Positions 1 through 13,392 of a stretch of DNA of 64,000 bases are shown one piece after another (the first letter of the stretch is position 1; every line of letters starts with the position of its first letter). Under the pieces are notes generated by a model. The model searched no databases. It had not been told where the DNA came from and was given only the letters and a program-made list of their open reading frames with translations. The position numbers and the translations under genes are program-made. Origin of the DNA: the human T2T-CHM13v2.0 reference genome, Homo sapiens; assembly GCF_009914755.1 (NCBI RefSeq), contig NC_060931.1; one strand, written 5' to 3'.

Positions 1-884
1 GCAGAGGTTCATTTCTAAGGAGGCAAAGGAAGGTTTATGTCCTACAAAATGTTCCAAGGAGCCTGGGCCAGCAGTAGGCTCTTGATTGTCCATCAATGCA
101 AGGAGCTAGAGACCCACATTTACATACGTGGTGTCATTTAAACCAAATTCCCAGCAGGATTCCTTGAGGGAAGGTGGCTGATAACGGATATGAACAATAA
201 AATTGGACATTCCTATACATAAAGATGTAAAATCTTCTATAAAATGAGAGATTGCCAGTGAAGAAACGAGAGTCTTCTACTTTCTAGATGCTGCAATATC
301 TGATGGTGTTTTGGCCTCGATGTTCTGTCCCCTCTCTCTGGACAAAGAGAAAGGTTCACCACATCTCTGACAGTGAAATCTGGATTACCACGGTCTTCCT
401 GGGCTCTGAGAGTACCTACTTAAGGATGCATTGATCACCATTAATTATCAAGGTTGATTGGCTGTGTTTCTAACCTAATGCATGGCACTCGAGGATTTCA
501 TTACATTGCAATTAATTTAGTAGCTGACGCTTATCAGCACTTTATGGTCTTGCATTTTCATATATATTTGTTTTATTTAAAAAATAACTTTTCAAAAAAT
601 ATAAACACAATGCAACCTTATTTTTTAAATTTTACAAAATACAGAACAGTATAAGAAAAGATAATAAACATCACTCAACCCACCCAGACAGAGATAACCA
701 ATTTCACTTTTATTATGAATATATCCAATACATTTAATACAAGTAAATATTTTTGGCATTAATAATGTACTTTTACACCCTAGTTTATGTCTCTGATAAT
801 AAATAAATTATTAGAGAGCTAAATAAATTTTAATAACTACAACTAAAAAATAATGATAAGTAATTATATTGCTATGTGATAAGA

Positions 885-1000
885 GGGTGCAGTATGGTGT
901 AGTTGAAGAGAGAGAGGCTTTGACATAAACTTGAGTTCAAGTACTGGACCAGCCACTTACAAATGGTGTGACTTTGAACAAGGTACCTACCTTTCTGAAA
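885..1000 (+). mobile_element. MIR SINE fragment
   Basis: MIR core-like: gagttcaag...ccacttac...tgtgactttgaacaag. Confidence 0.6.
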
Positions 1001-1124
1001 ATTTATTTCTAAGAGTTTAGAGTTAGACCATATGTTCCTTAAGGGCAGGAATGGGGTCTTACCATCTCTAACTCTGAATTCCTGGCACAGTGCCTGGGTT
1101 GGAGAATAAAGGCAAGAGACTTTG

Positions 1125-1315
1125 AGTATATATATATACACACACACACACATATATTTATGTGTATATATACATATATATATGTGTATATGTATATGTG
1201 TATCTATACACATGTATATGGGTATACTTGTGTGTATATACACATGTATATGTGTATGTACATATAGATGTATATATACATACACACACATATGTATGTG
1301 TATATAGATATATAT
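1125..1315. repeat. (TA)/(CA)/(TG) compound microsatellite
   Basis: About 190 bp of nearly pure alternating purine-pyrimidine sequence. Confidence 0.95.
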
Positions 1316-1371
1316 GAGATGAGGTCTTGCTATGTTGGCCAGGTTGGTCTCGAACTCCTGGCCTCAAGTGA
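1316..1371 (-). mobile_element. Alu monomer fragment (FLAM/AluJ-like)
   Basis: gagatgaggtcttgctatgttggccaggttggtctcgaactcctggcctcaagtga. Confidence 0.85.
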
Positions 1372-1639
1372 AGAGCCACATAAGTTGCACTGCAGTGGTT
1401 GGTTGCTGGGGGCTCCCTAGCAAAGGGCTAATGGATGCACCTTTAGTTGCTTCCCAGCTCAGTCATCTCACCCAAGTTGCTTCCTCTCTGTTCCAGTCTC
1501 CACTTGTGGACATGGCTCCACTCCTCATTCTGGCATGAAACAACCAGTGTCCTCTCTAGAGCCAAACAGCAGCTTCTATAGCAAGTGGTCATGATGTGCT
1601 GCTGCTCACAATCAAGGAAGAATATGGTGGAGACTGGGT

Positions 1640-1860
1640 TGTATGTTAGTCTGTTCATGCAGCTATAACAAAATACCTGAGACTGTGTAATTTCTAATAA
1701 TAGAAATTCATTTATCATAGTTTTGGAGGCTGGGAAATTTAAAATCAAGGCGCCAGCTGATTTGGTGTCTGGTGAGGGCTTGCTCTCTCCTTCATAGATG
1801 GCACCTTCTGCTGCATCCTCAAGTGGCTGAAGGGGTAGAAGTGCTGGAGCATTGTGTCCT
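1640..1860. mobile_element. MaLR LTR (MST-like)
   Basis: tgtatgttagtctgttc...gctataacaaaatacctgagactg...ttttggaggctgggaa...tcaaggcgccagc. Confidence 0.75.
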
Positions 1861-3989
1861 CCCACGGCTTTGATGGGCCCCTGGTGAATAGAATATGATC
1901 TTTGTTCACAGGAAGCTCACAATGAACTTCCAAAAATCACATGAACTGGATGGTAAATACCAGTCAAAAGCTAGGGAAGATATGATTTTGGAGAGACCAT
2001 AACAGGCAGGAGAAGAGCTGGTGAGAGAAGAGGCACTCCCAAGAGAGAAAAAAGACTCGGTGGCCTGAAACAGCCTGGTATATTTCTCCATATGTTTCTC
2101 ACTTTAATTAGCAGCAACTTTTCTCACTAATACCTAAAATAATATTCTTGCAATCAATGGCATAATAGACTTGATGAGATGCAAGAATTGAAAACCAACA
2201 ATAGTTTGGTGCAGCAGGAATAGTGGGTGATCGTAGGGCATAAGGTGACCTTTCCTTGGAATTCGTCCTTGAGGAGTCTCCATTCCTATGACCCCAGTGA
2301 TCATAAACCTTGGATGCTGTTTCCTTTCCCTGAAAATTCAACTCCATCATTAGCATTTGTTTTAATCCGTGGCTTAGAAGGATAAATGCAAAGCGAATGG
2401 GGCAGCTTGAAACCAGCCTGCTTCTTTGTACTTACACATATGGGCTTTTCTTCTGAATTTCACTCAGAGAAATCCCATCAAGGACTCTTACGACAGTTGT
2501 GGCTTCTCAGCACTGCTGGCTAAAATTGGAAAATCATTAGCTAGATAAAAAGAAGCAAAAAAAAATTATCTGTCTCTGAACACTGGGTGAGTCTTACCGC
2601 TATCGTCACTTTGCCCAGTGAAGAGTTATGATGATCAAAAGGACCCTGCAGGAAAGGCCATAATGGGGTTTGAAATCATGAACACTCAGGTTGGGCTCAG
2701 CTCTGATCTGGAGTCCTGTTCATTCAGCCATCTCCGCCTGTCTCCAGTGGGCTCACCTCCCCTTCCAGTTGAATTGTTAATTTCAGGTGTGCAGTGAGAT
2801 GTGTTCTGAATCCTTTAGCAGCAAAAATGGAGAAACTGACTTTTCTACAGTTTCTAATAAGAGGTTTCGCTTCCTTGACAGGCTAACGAATGTTTTTCCT
2901 GGGAGAGATGCACGGGCAGAGTAATTCCTCCCATTACAGACTATTCTCTGGCTGCTAATAAAAGACCTGGCTCTGTTAAAGTGAATTTGTCAGAGTTGCT
3001 GTTCATTTAGGAAGTGAGAAGAGGGGGCGAGAGCTATGCATTTTGCTCAGTGGTCACCATCTGAAATCTCACATATGGAAAATCTCTTCTCACCTGGTAT
3101 CTGAAAATAATGAGTACAATAGAAACAGACACTCCTGGTAGCACAGGAAAAGAAGCAAATGGGCCCGAATAAAAACAGCTGCCAGAGGGATCACATCTGG
3201 CCACATACCTCAGGTAGACTGCAGACTGGGCCAAGGAATCCTTTTGATGTGAAACAGGCTCTTGAAACTCTAATTATAATCATATCTGTGCTGGCTGGAA
3301 ATACAGCCAACTGCAGAGAGTGGTCTATTAGATTTCCCATTTGTCTGAAACCCACACTTTGCTGAAAAGCCTTGAAAGCACCTGGCAGTTGTCAGAGCCA
3401 CAGTCAGCATGACTATACTTCCTTTTTGACCCTGAGTAGAAGCATGAATAATTCATCACATTGCTAGAGTGTACCTTACGGTTTTCAAAATGTTTTTTGC
3501 ATATATTATCATCTCATTCAAACTTCACAACAACTCATAGATCTACGAATTATTACTCTCATTTTACAGATGAGCACATGGAGGCTGAGTGGATAAGTAC
3601 CTTGCCAAGTATACAGCTAGTAACAGGGGAAATTGAGACTTGAACACAATATTTGGTGAAAAGAAAAGAAGAAAGAAAGGTGTAAAAATAATCACCTAAA
3701 ATGTATCTTACTGCTGGCCTTGTTTCCCTAAGATGCTAGTTACTCAGAGAGCATGGCACACAACGCCGGTGTGAATCTCATTGCACCTTACCCTTTCTTT
3801 CTTCTGCTTCCTCATCTTAGAGTCTGGACATGGATAGAGAGAGACAAAGGAGGAGAAAGAGAATGGAAAGGAGGAAAAGGAAGGCTACCTAAGGTGCTCT
3901 GGTATAGTAGAGAGTAGAAGAATTGGGAGGTCAGAGAGACCTGGACTCAAATACCCCTTCTATTACTTATGAATTGGTGCATTTGGTAG

Positions 3990-4480
3990 GATTTTGGCAC
4001 CCATGGAATGGAATAACAATGCCCCTTGTTTGGTATATTGGAAACAGCCACATAGTTTTTGCACTTCCTCCCATGAAGTGATGATGTCTATATCCCAGCC
4101 CTTTGAATCTGGCCTTGTGACTTGCTTTGACCAGTATGTGAAGGAAGGGACAGTGTGTCAGATTGTAACTGAGTCCTCCAACAGCTTTTCAGCTTCCACT
4201 TTTGCCCTCTTTGACACTGCAGCTGTGAGCCTGAGCCAACCTGCTGGAAAGGCCCCATGACGGAAAACCGAGGTGCTTCAGCCAGCAGATCACCTAGATC
4301 ATTCCAGATCACCCTGTCCCTGCCATTTCATCATCTACCAGCTGAGCGCAGCTGCAGGAGTGAGCCCCAGGAGACCAACTGAAGAATTATCCAACTGTGC
4401 CCAGCTCACAGAATATCTTGGGCTCATAAATGATGGTTGTGTAAGTGTGGGGTGGTTTGTAATACAGCAAAGGCTATCTG
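3990..4480 (+). mobile_element. MLT1-type MaLR LTR inserted into a MIR (MIR halves at ~3900-3985 and ~4490-4580)
   Basis: ccttgtgacttgctttgacca... and 3' end ggggtggtttgtaatacagcaa. The flanks continue the MIR consensus. Confidence 0.6.
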
Positions 4481-5039
4481 TACATCTGGCAAAAGTGTCA
4501 TGAGGCTTATGTGATACCACACATAAAATGCACATGGTGCCTGGCATGGAGCAGGCATTTAGCAAACATTAGTTCCTCTCCCGTCTACTAAGGCCACCAC
4601 AGGGAAGACACATCTTCTCCACGAACTCTTTGAAAAATAAAGGCACAGAAGCTCATCTTTGAAAAATATGTTGCATTACCAACAACATTTTTACTTTCAT
4701 AGGGCTGAATCTTCTTTTATTGCAGACAACTAGTGTTTTCATTACATTTGAGTAGATTAGACTCTGTGGCCTAACCTAACTACTGCTTGAAACATTTTTT
4801 TTTATGAGAAAATGCTCAGTGGGTTCAAAATTGCCAACGTTGCCAAGAACATTGTCAACCAGAGAGGCACTGTTTTGGGCAATTAGTGGTGAAAACAAAG
4901 GCTTAGGGCATTGATAAGTGAGCAGAGCCCAAGCAAGGCATGAGAAGAAATGAGCAGGCTGTGTTAAGAGACATAAGGTGACTGGTTTAGCTGATTTAGA
5001 AATATACTAAAAATGACAGTGAAGATGTCAGGACACATT

Positions 5040-5490
5040 CATCCTGTCATTTATTCAACGTGTACTTTTCAGCACGTACTATGTGCCCAGAAGCTTGAAG
5101 AGACACATATGAATAAAAGAAGTCACAGACAGGTGGGGCAAACTGATATCTAAATAAACAATCCCAGAAACCCGTAAGTATTGTGATAGAGGAACCTGGT
5201 AGTGCTTTGGGGACACACTGGTGTAACCTCTCAGTGATAGCCTCTCAGAGGAGCTGAGTCTTAAGGGATAGGAGGAACTCATTCATCAGAAAAAGGAGAA
5301 AAAGCTTTCTTACTCTTAAAAAAAGTGTAGGATTTTTTAAGAATTGGAGGTAAGAAATAGAAGAGTTGGCCAAGGCTAAAATTCAGAGTCAGTGGGAATG
5401 GAAGAGTGAGAGAGGTAGGAAGGGGCTAGATTGTGAAGCACCTTGAAGGCCATACTACAGACTATAGGCTTCAAGAAGTAGTCTAGAGTG
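5040..5490 (-). mobile_element. L2 LINE 3' fragment
   Basis: cattcatcc...ttattcaac...actatgtgcccag, a typical L2 3' end. Confidence 0.55.
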
Positions 5491-6552
5491 CGGACTGTGA
5501 ACTAATGGTTTTCAATGTTTTGCTCTGTATCTTCTAAAATAAATTTGAAAAACTACAAACTTACACATTTTAATGGATATCAAGAAATTATTAATGGATA
5601 TCTATCTAGTTACAAAAGATATAAATTTGGACAGACTGTAAATATTACAGTGGAACTGTTACAGTAACCTTCTATGTGTATCCAAAGGTATCTAAATACT
5701 ATAGTGACTTCTACCTGGTCTCATCCACTTAAAAATGAGACTTTAATCTTATTTCACACTGATTAATTTTGCATTGATAATTCCTCTTCTTGAATTGAAA
5801 AGCCCACCTCCTTGAATTCTTCTTCAACCACAGAATTTTATCCAAATTTAATGTATTTTTATAGTTGAAATTTTTTTTTGATCACACTATTGATCAATAA
5901 AGTATTAGTATTGATCTCAATACTAAAAACATGTATAAAACTTAAAAATTTTAATTTCCTGTGATACTTCAAGTCTGGAGTCTGGATTGAGCTTTCTTTG
6001 TTAGTAAAAATAGCTTATCTAAGCAACAGATTGCCAATTTGATAAACTATTATTAGGCGATAAAGGTAAAATGTTATTGGAATTGCACCTCTTAATGACA
6101 TTTTTGAGACTTTTTAATTGGTACCTATGTCTGTTGAGAAATACCACTTATTCATGTAAAGTGACAAAGTTCAGCATCACTTTTGTTCCTCTTTTTCATT
6201 GTTAAACACGTAAGTACTGAGAAACATGTTTACTTGAATAAATAGATCAGAATTGAAGGACCTTTGATATAGCAATGTCACAGAATTCTTTGAACTTCTT
6301 CTGAGGTAAATGCCAAACATGTTGGAGTGAACTATCATTGAACATTATTTTAAATGGTCTATAAACTGACAATTTCATTAAGTTCCCCTTCCATTTTACT
6401 GGAAGCAAAGAACTAGATACTACCTGACTTATAAAAATACGTTAAATCAATCATCTTTTACTTTCTCATTTTTTTGTGGGGGGAGTATGCAAAAAAATTT
6501 ATAGCAGTTACTATTTTACTTAGCAAGACCCTGTGAAAGCCTAATGCACTCA

Positions 6553-6846
<294 letters not shown>

Positions 6847-7149
6847 CACTCAGAAATAACTGGATAATGAAAATATTGTCCTTTTCAATACACTTTTGTC
6901 TATACTATATTTTAAAAAAAATCCTTTATCTTAAGGTGTGCTTTATATACATTTTTGTCTAATGTTGGAGCTGAGATTTACTTCATTCAAGTTATAAAAA
7001 ATGTCCTCTGTATAAACCAAAATGACAAATCCATATTTTATTATTAAAGAAATTAATCAATCGATTTTTTCTTTCAGAAGAATGTAACTTCATTTTTCAA
7101 CTCACTTCAATATTTGCATTCTAAGGCCAATAGTTAGACATAAAAAGAT

Positions 7150-7300
7150 ATAGAGAATGGGATAGATGATAGAAAAATGAATGGATGAGTGGATGGATAG
7201 ATTGATGGATGAATGGTTTCAAAGAGGATAGACAGATGATGGATGGAATGGATATATAGGTAAATAGATAGGGAGAGAGGGAGAGAAAGAGAGAGAGAGA
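7150..7300. repeat. (GATA/GGAT/GA)n low-complexity repeat
   Basis: gatagatgatagaaaaatgaatggatgagtggatggatag...gagagagaga. Confidence 0.8.
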
Positions 7301-8920
7301 AATAATTTTACACTCTGCCCAATATTATTCTGTCTTTATACACAAACCTACTTGCTAAGGTGGAAAGTTTTCAACTGACAACAAATGCTTACTACTGCCA
7401 AAATTTTCGCAATTGTTTCATTGACTGTCTATTTAACTGTTCAAATTTAGAAATATAACAAAAGAATAGAAGAAGATCCAAAGCCCACAAATGTATACCT
7501 AGACAATTTTGAAAGAAAATATACCAAAATACCAAAATATCAATAGTGATCATCAGGATTTGGGAATTGCAATTGATTATATTTTTTAAAAGTACTCTTC
7601 TATATCCAAATCTCTGTGAAAACCATGCATTCTTTTATAATTAGAAAAAAGCAAATTCTACTTTATCAAACATAACTTATTAAATATGTTTCTTAATAGC
7701 TGCCTTCTACCTTAATACATTTTGGAACAACATGAAATATGAAAATTTCTAGAATACCATTTTGTGTTTCAGGCTGTCTGCTAGGCGTTTTTTACAAATT
7801 CTGTCTCATTTAATCTTCACAATGTTCTCATAAGATTGCTTCTTTCCACATTTCCTTAGAAATCTGAGGCCCAGAAAGGTTAAGCAATGTACTTTAATCC
7901 TTTCAGATCAGCAGTGGCTAACCAGTGATTCAAATTCTGAACTATTTTACTTTAAAATTTATATTCTCCTAAGTGCCACACTACATATATTAAAACAGCA
8001 TCCTTCCAAATTGAAAATTATCAATCATGTTAATTAAAACAATCATTGCTATACTAACATCTATGGGATTTGCAAGTATTGCTTCCAAGTCTGTGGCTAA
8101 TCTTTTGGTTTTGTAATGATGCTTTCCGGAGAGCAAAGTGGTTAAATTGGATAAAGTACAACTTATCAACATTTCCTTTTGGACAGTGCTAAGAATCTTT
8201 GCCTCATTCAATGTCACGGAGATTTCCTTTTAGAAGTTTTATAGTTTTAGCTCTTACCTTTAGGTCTATATTCTATTTTGAGTTCACAATTGTGTGAGGT
8301 TTGAAATAAGTATCTAAGTTCTCCCTCATCCTTTTTTTACATATAGAATCCCATTATTCCATAACCATTTGTTAAAAGACTACCCTCTTGCCATTGAATT
8401 ATCTGGGAAACTTGGTTGAAAATCAGTTGCCTATAAATGTACCAGTTTATTTCTGGGCTTCCTATTTTGTATCACTTGTCTGTGTCTGTCCCCACACCAA
8501 TACCACACTGTATCAGTTACTGTAGTACTTACAGTAAGTTTTGAAACCAGGTAGTGTAAATTCTCCAACACCGTTCTTCAAAATTGTGGCTGTTCTGGCT
8601 TCTTTTAATTTCTACATAAATTTTAGAATCAGTTTTCCAATTTCTACAAAAACTCCTATTAGGATTTTGATTAGAATTGTGTTTAATCTATAGATCAATT
8701 TGGAGAGTGCAGCCATCTTAACACTATTGAATCATGACACATTTCTTCATTTCCATAAAGCCTTCTTTAATTTCTCTTCGCAATATTTTGTAATTTTCAG
8801 TGTAGAGTAATAGCGTTTCTGCTGTTAAACTTATTCCTAAGTATTTTTATTAATTATGAGTAAGATTGTTTTCTTAATTTTAATTCTTAAACGTTTGGTG
8901 CTAATATAAATAAAAAATCA

Positions 8921-9220
8921 AGCCAGGCGCATTGGCTCACGCCTGCAATCCCAGCACTTTGGGAGGCTGAGGCGGGTGGATAATGAGGTCAGGAGTTCAA
9001 GACCAGCCTGGCTAACATGGTGAAACCCCGTCTCTACTAAAAAAACAAAAATTAACTGGGCATGGTGGTGCATGCCTGTAATCCCAGCTACTCGGGAGGC
9101 TGAGGCAGGAGAATTGCTTGAGCCGAGACCGGGAGGCGGAGGTTGCAGTGAGCCGAGATCATGCCACTGTACTCCAGCCTGGACTACAGAGCGAGGCTAC
9201 GTCTCCAGAAAAAAAAAAAA
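8921..9220 (+). mobile_element. AluS inserted in L1M
   Basis: Full dimer, poly-A, TSD aaaaaatca(a). Confidence 0.95.
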
Positions 9221-10009
9221 TCAATTTTTGTATATCAATTTTGAATCCTGCTAAACTCGCTTATCAGTTCTAGTAGTTTTTTTTGTAGATACCTTAGGAT
9301 TTTTCTATATTTAGGATTATGTTGTCTGACAATACAGTTTTACTTACTCCTTTCCAATCTGCATGCCTTTATTATTTTTCTTTTTTTATTAAACTGAATA
9401 GAATCTTGAGTACAATGTTGACTAGAAGTGGTGAGAATGGACATTTCTACCTTCCTCCTGATCTTAGGAGGTAAGCATTCAGTCTGCTATCATTAAATAC
9501 AAAAAGTCACAAGTAGGGTTTTCATAGATGTCCTTTATCAGGTTGAGGAAGTCACCTTTTCTTTCATAATTTGTTGAGAGACTTTAACATAAATGGGTGA
9601 CAAATTTTTTCAAATAATTTTCCTACTTCTATTGGGCTGACAATGTAATTGTGGCCTCTATTATACTAATTTGGTGCATTCCATTAATTGCTTTTCAGAT
9701 GTTAAATAAGCATGCATTTTTAGGATAGACTCTACTTGGTCATGGTATATTATTCATGTTACATGTTGCTGGATTCAGTTTGTCAATATTTTGTTAAGGG
9801 TTTTTGCATCTGTTTATAAAAGTCTGTTATTTTCTTTCCTTGTGATGTCTCTGTCTGGATTTACATGACAGAAAAACATAAAATAAAGTGAAATGTGTTT
9901 CTTCCTCCTCTATTTTATGAAAGAAATTGTGTTGGATTGGCATTATTTCTACTTTAAGTACCTTACAGAGTTTACTAGTGAAGCCATCTAGGCTTGGGAT
10001 TTTCTGTAC

Positions 10010-10431
10010 CTGGTTGAACAGTGCCCTAAAATTCATGCCCTTCCTGGGACTTCAGAATGTGCTTTATATAAAATAGGGTTCTTGTAGATGTATTAGTTAA
10101 GGTGAAGTAATACTAGGATAGAGTGGTCCTTAATCCAAAATGACCAGTGTTCTTCTAAGAAGAGAGAACCACACTCAGAGAAGAGAATGCCACGTGAAGA
10201 CAAACACACAGAGGGAAAATGGCCAGGGGATGATGTGGGTAGGACTGGAGTTACACAGCTGTAAGACAAGGAATGTGAAGGATTGCTGGCAACCACCAGA
10301 GGCTAGGAGAAAGAGGTGGACACCTAAGTGCAGACTTCCAGCTTTCAGAATTGTAAGAGGATAAGGTCTTGTAATTTTCAGCCACCTAATTTATGGTAAT
10401 GTTTTTATAGCATCCCTAGGAAACGAATACA
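10010..10431 (+). mobile_element. MLT1B/C-like MaLR LTR inserted in L1M
   Basis: gtagatgtattagttaaggtgaag...ccttaatccaaaatgaccagtgttctt...ctaggaaacgaataca. Confidence 0.8.
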
Positions 10432-11004
10432 ATTTCTAATTATGAATTCCATTTCTTTACTTGGTATAGGTCTATTCACATTTTCTATTTTTTCTTAAAT
10501 CATGTCTCCTTTCAGAATTTGTGTATTTTATCTAAACTCTCCCTCTACCTTCTTGGCACAAAATTGTTTACGATCTTTCCTTATGATCCTTTTAATTTCC
10601 TTTGGGTCTACAGTGATGTCCCGTCTTGTTTTATTCTTGATTTTGATGGTAGCTTTATGTCTTCTTTTTAAATGATCTAGCTAAAGGTTTATCAATTTTA
10701 TTGATCATTTCAAAAGGACTATATTTTGGTTTCATCGATTCTCTCTATTGCATTCCTGTTTTTTATTTTACCATTTTCTGCTCTGATCTTTATTATTTCC
10801 TTTCTTCTACTCATTTTGGCTTTGGATTCTTCATTTTCTGGCTTCTTGAGGTGGAAACATATTATTAATTTTAGATTTTTCTTTTTAATATGTGTTTAAA
10901 GTTATAAATTTTTCCATAAGCACTGCTTTAGCTGCATTCAATAGATTTTAATATATTATGTTTTCATTTTCACTTAGACCAAACTATTTTCTAATTTTCA
11001 AATA

Positions 11005-12470
11005 ATTTTACTATTTTTTATTGATACATAATAGATATACATATTTTCAGGGCACCTGTGATTATTAATACAATCATATAATGTTTAAAGATAAATCAGT
11101 GTAATTGGGATATCTATCATCTTAAAAATTTGTCATTTATTTGTGCTAGAAACATTTGAATCATTCTCTTCTAACTATTTTGAAATGCACAATAGGTTAT
11201 TGTAAACTCTAGTCACTCTACTAATCTATTGAACAGTGGGTATTATTTCTTCTATCTAGGTATGCATTTGTACCCATTAATCAACCTCTCTTCATTCTCC
11301 CCTCCCCCTATTCTTCCTGGCCTCTGCTAACCACTACTACTCTATCTTTATGAGATCCATTTTTTTTTTTATCCCACATGTATGAGTGAGAATATGCAAT
11401 AATTGTCTTTTTGTGCTTGGCTTATTTTACTTAATATAGGAACCTCCAGTTACATCCTTGTTGCTGCAAATGACAGGCTTTCATTCTTTATTGCGGTGGA
11501 ATAATATTCCATTGTGTATCGTACCATATTTTCTTTATGTGTTCATCCATTGATGGGCACTGAGGTTGAGTTCATATTTTGGCTATTGTAAATGGTGCTG
11601 CAGTAAACATGGGAGTTCAGATACTGCTTCAATATATTGATTTTCTTTCTTTCCAATATAAATACAGCAGTGGAATTGATGGATCGTATGGTAGTTCTAT
11701 TTTCAGTTTTTTGAGGAACTTCCCTACTGTTTTCCACAGTGGCTGAACTAATTTACATTCCCACCAACAAGGATTCCCCTTTCTCCACATCCTTGCTAGC
11801 ATGCATTCCTCCCTGTCTTTTTAACTGGGGGTGAGATCATGTCTCATTGTAGTTTTGATTTGCATTTCTCTAATGATTAGTGATGTTGAGAATGTTTTTC
11901 ATCTACTTGTTGTCCATGTATATGTCTTTTTTGAGAAATATCTAGTCAAACCATTTGCCCATTTTTAAATTGGATTGTTTTTTTTTTTTTTTGCTATTGA
12001 GCTATTTGAGCTTCTTATATATTCTTGTTATTAATCTCTTGTTAGATGGATAATTTGCAAATATTTTCTCCCATTCTGTGGGTTATGGCCTCACTTTGTT
12101 TATTGTTTCTTTGCTGTGCAGAAAGCTTTTAGCTTGATGTAATCTCATTTGTCTAATTTTCTTTTTGTTGCCTGTGCTTTTGAAGTCTTACACACAAAAA
12201 TTCTTTGCTCAGACTAATGTCCTGGAGTTCTCCCCCAATGTTTTCTTCTAGTAGTTTTGTAGTTTCATGTCTTAGATTTAAGTTTTTAATCCATTTTGAT
12301 TTGATTTTTGTGTATGGTAAGAGACAAGGGTCTAGTCTCATTCTTATGCACGTGGCTATCCAGTTTTCTCGTAACACATATTGAAGAGACTGTTCTTTCC
12401 CGGTTGTATGTTCCCGGTGTCTTTGTCAAAAAATGGAATTGGCTGTAAATGCATGGATTTATATTTATTT
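11005..12470 (-). mobile_element. L1MA-type 3' end
   Basis: L1MA 3'UTR (ttgatacataatagatatacatatttt...) and ORF2 C-terminal fragment 12153-12377 (ENWIATCIRMRLDP...). Confidence 0.8.
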
Positions 12471-12499
12471 TGTAATTTTCCTTTGATTTCTTCTTTTTC

Positions 12500-13392
12500 T
12501 CATTTTTATCTTTCTTTTAAAAAACATTTGTATACATATAAGGGGTATAAGTGCAGTTTTATTACATGGATATATTGTGTAGTGGTAAAGTCTGGGCTTT
12601 TCGTGTAACCATCACCCAAATATTGTACATTGTACCCATTAAGTAATTTCTCTTTCCTCACTCCTTTCCCTTCCTTCACTTCATCAGTCATAATTATTCC
12701 ACACTCTATGTTCATGTGTATACAGTATTTAGCTCCTGCTTATATGTGAGAATGTCTAATATCTGACTTTGTGTTTCTGAGTTGTTTCACTTAAGATAAT
12801 GGCCTCCAGTTCCATCCATGTTGTTGCAAAAGACATGATTTCATTCTTTTTTATGGCTGAATAGTATTTTGTTGTATATTTATACACATATATACACACC
12901 ATACTTTATCCAATGATCCATTGATGGACACTTAATTAATTCCATATATTTGCTATTGTGAATAGTGCTGCAATAAACAGAAACATATGAGCAGGTGTAT
13001 TCTGATACAATGATTTCTTTTCCTTTGGGTAGATGCCCAGTAGTGGGATTGATGGTTTGAAAAGTAGTTCTATTTTTAGTTTTTTGAGAAATCTTCACTG
13101 TGTTTTCCACAGAGGTTGTACTAATTTGCATTCCCACCAACAGTGTATAAGCCTTCCCTTTTTTCTACATCCTTTCAACATCTGTTATGTTTTGACTTTT
13201 TAACAATAGCCATTCTAACTAGCATAAGATGATATCTCATTGTGGTTTTAATTTGCATTTCTCTGAAGATTAGTGATGTTGAACATTTTTTAATATGCTT
13301 GTTGGCCATTTGTATGTCTTATTTTGAAAAATGTCTATTCATGTCCTTTGCCCACTTTTTAATGGAGTTATTTAGGGCTATTTTGTTGAATT
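12500..13392 (-). mobile_element. L1PB/L1MA-type 3' end
   Basis: 3'UTR (aaggggtataagtgcagtttt...gtaaagtctgggctt) plus decayed ORF2 C-terminus. Confidence 0.8.

Noticed and set aside
872-1379. His/Ile/Tyr/Cys-rich ORFs
   Set aside because: They are translations of the (TA/CA/TG)n microsatellite.
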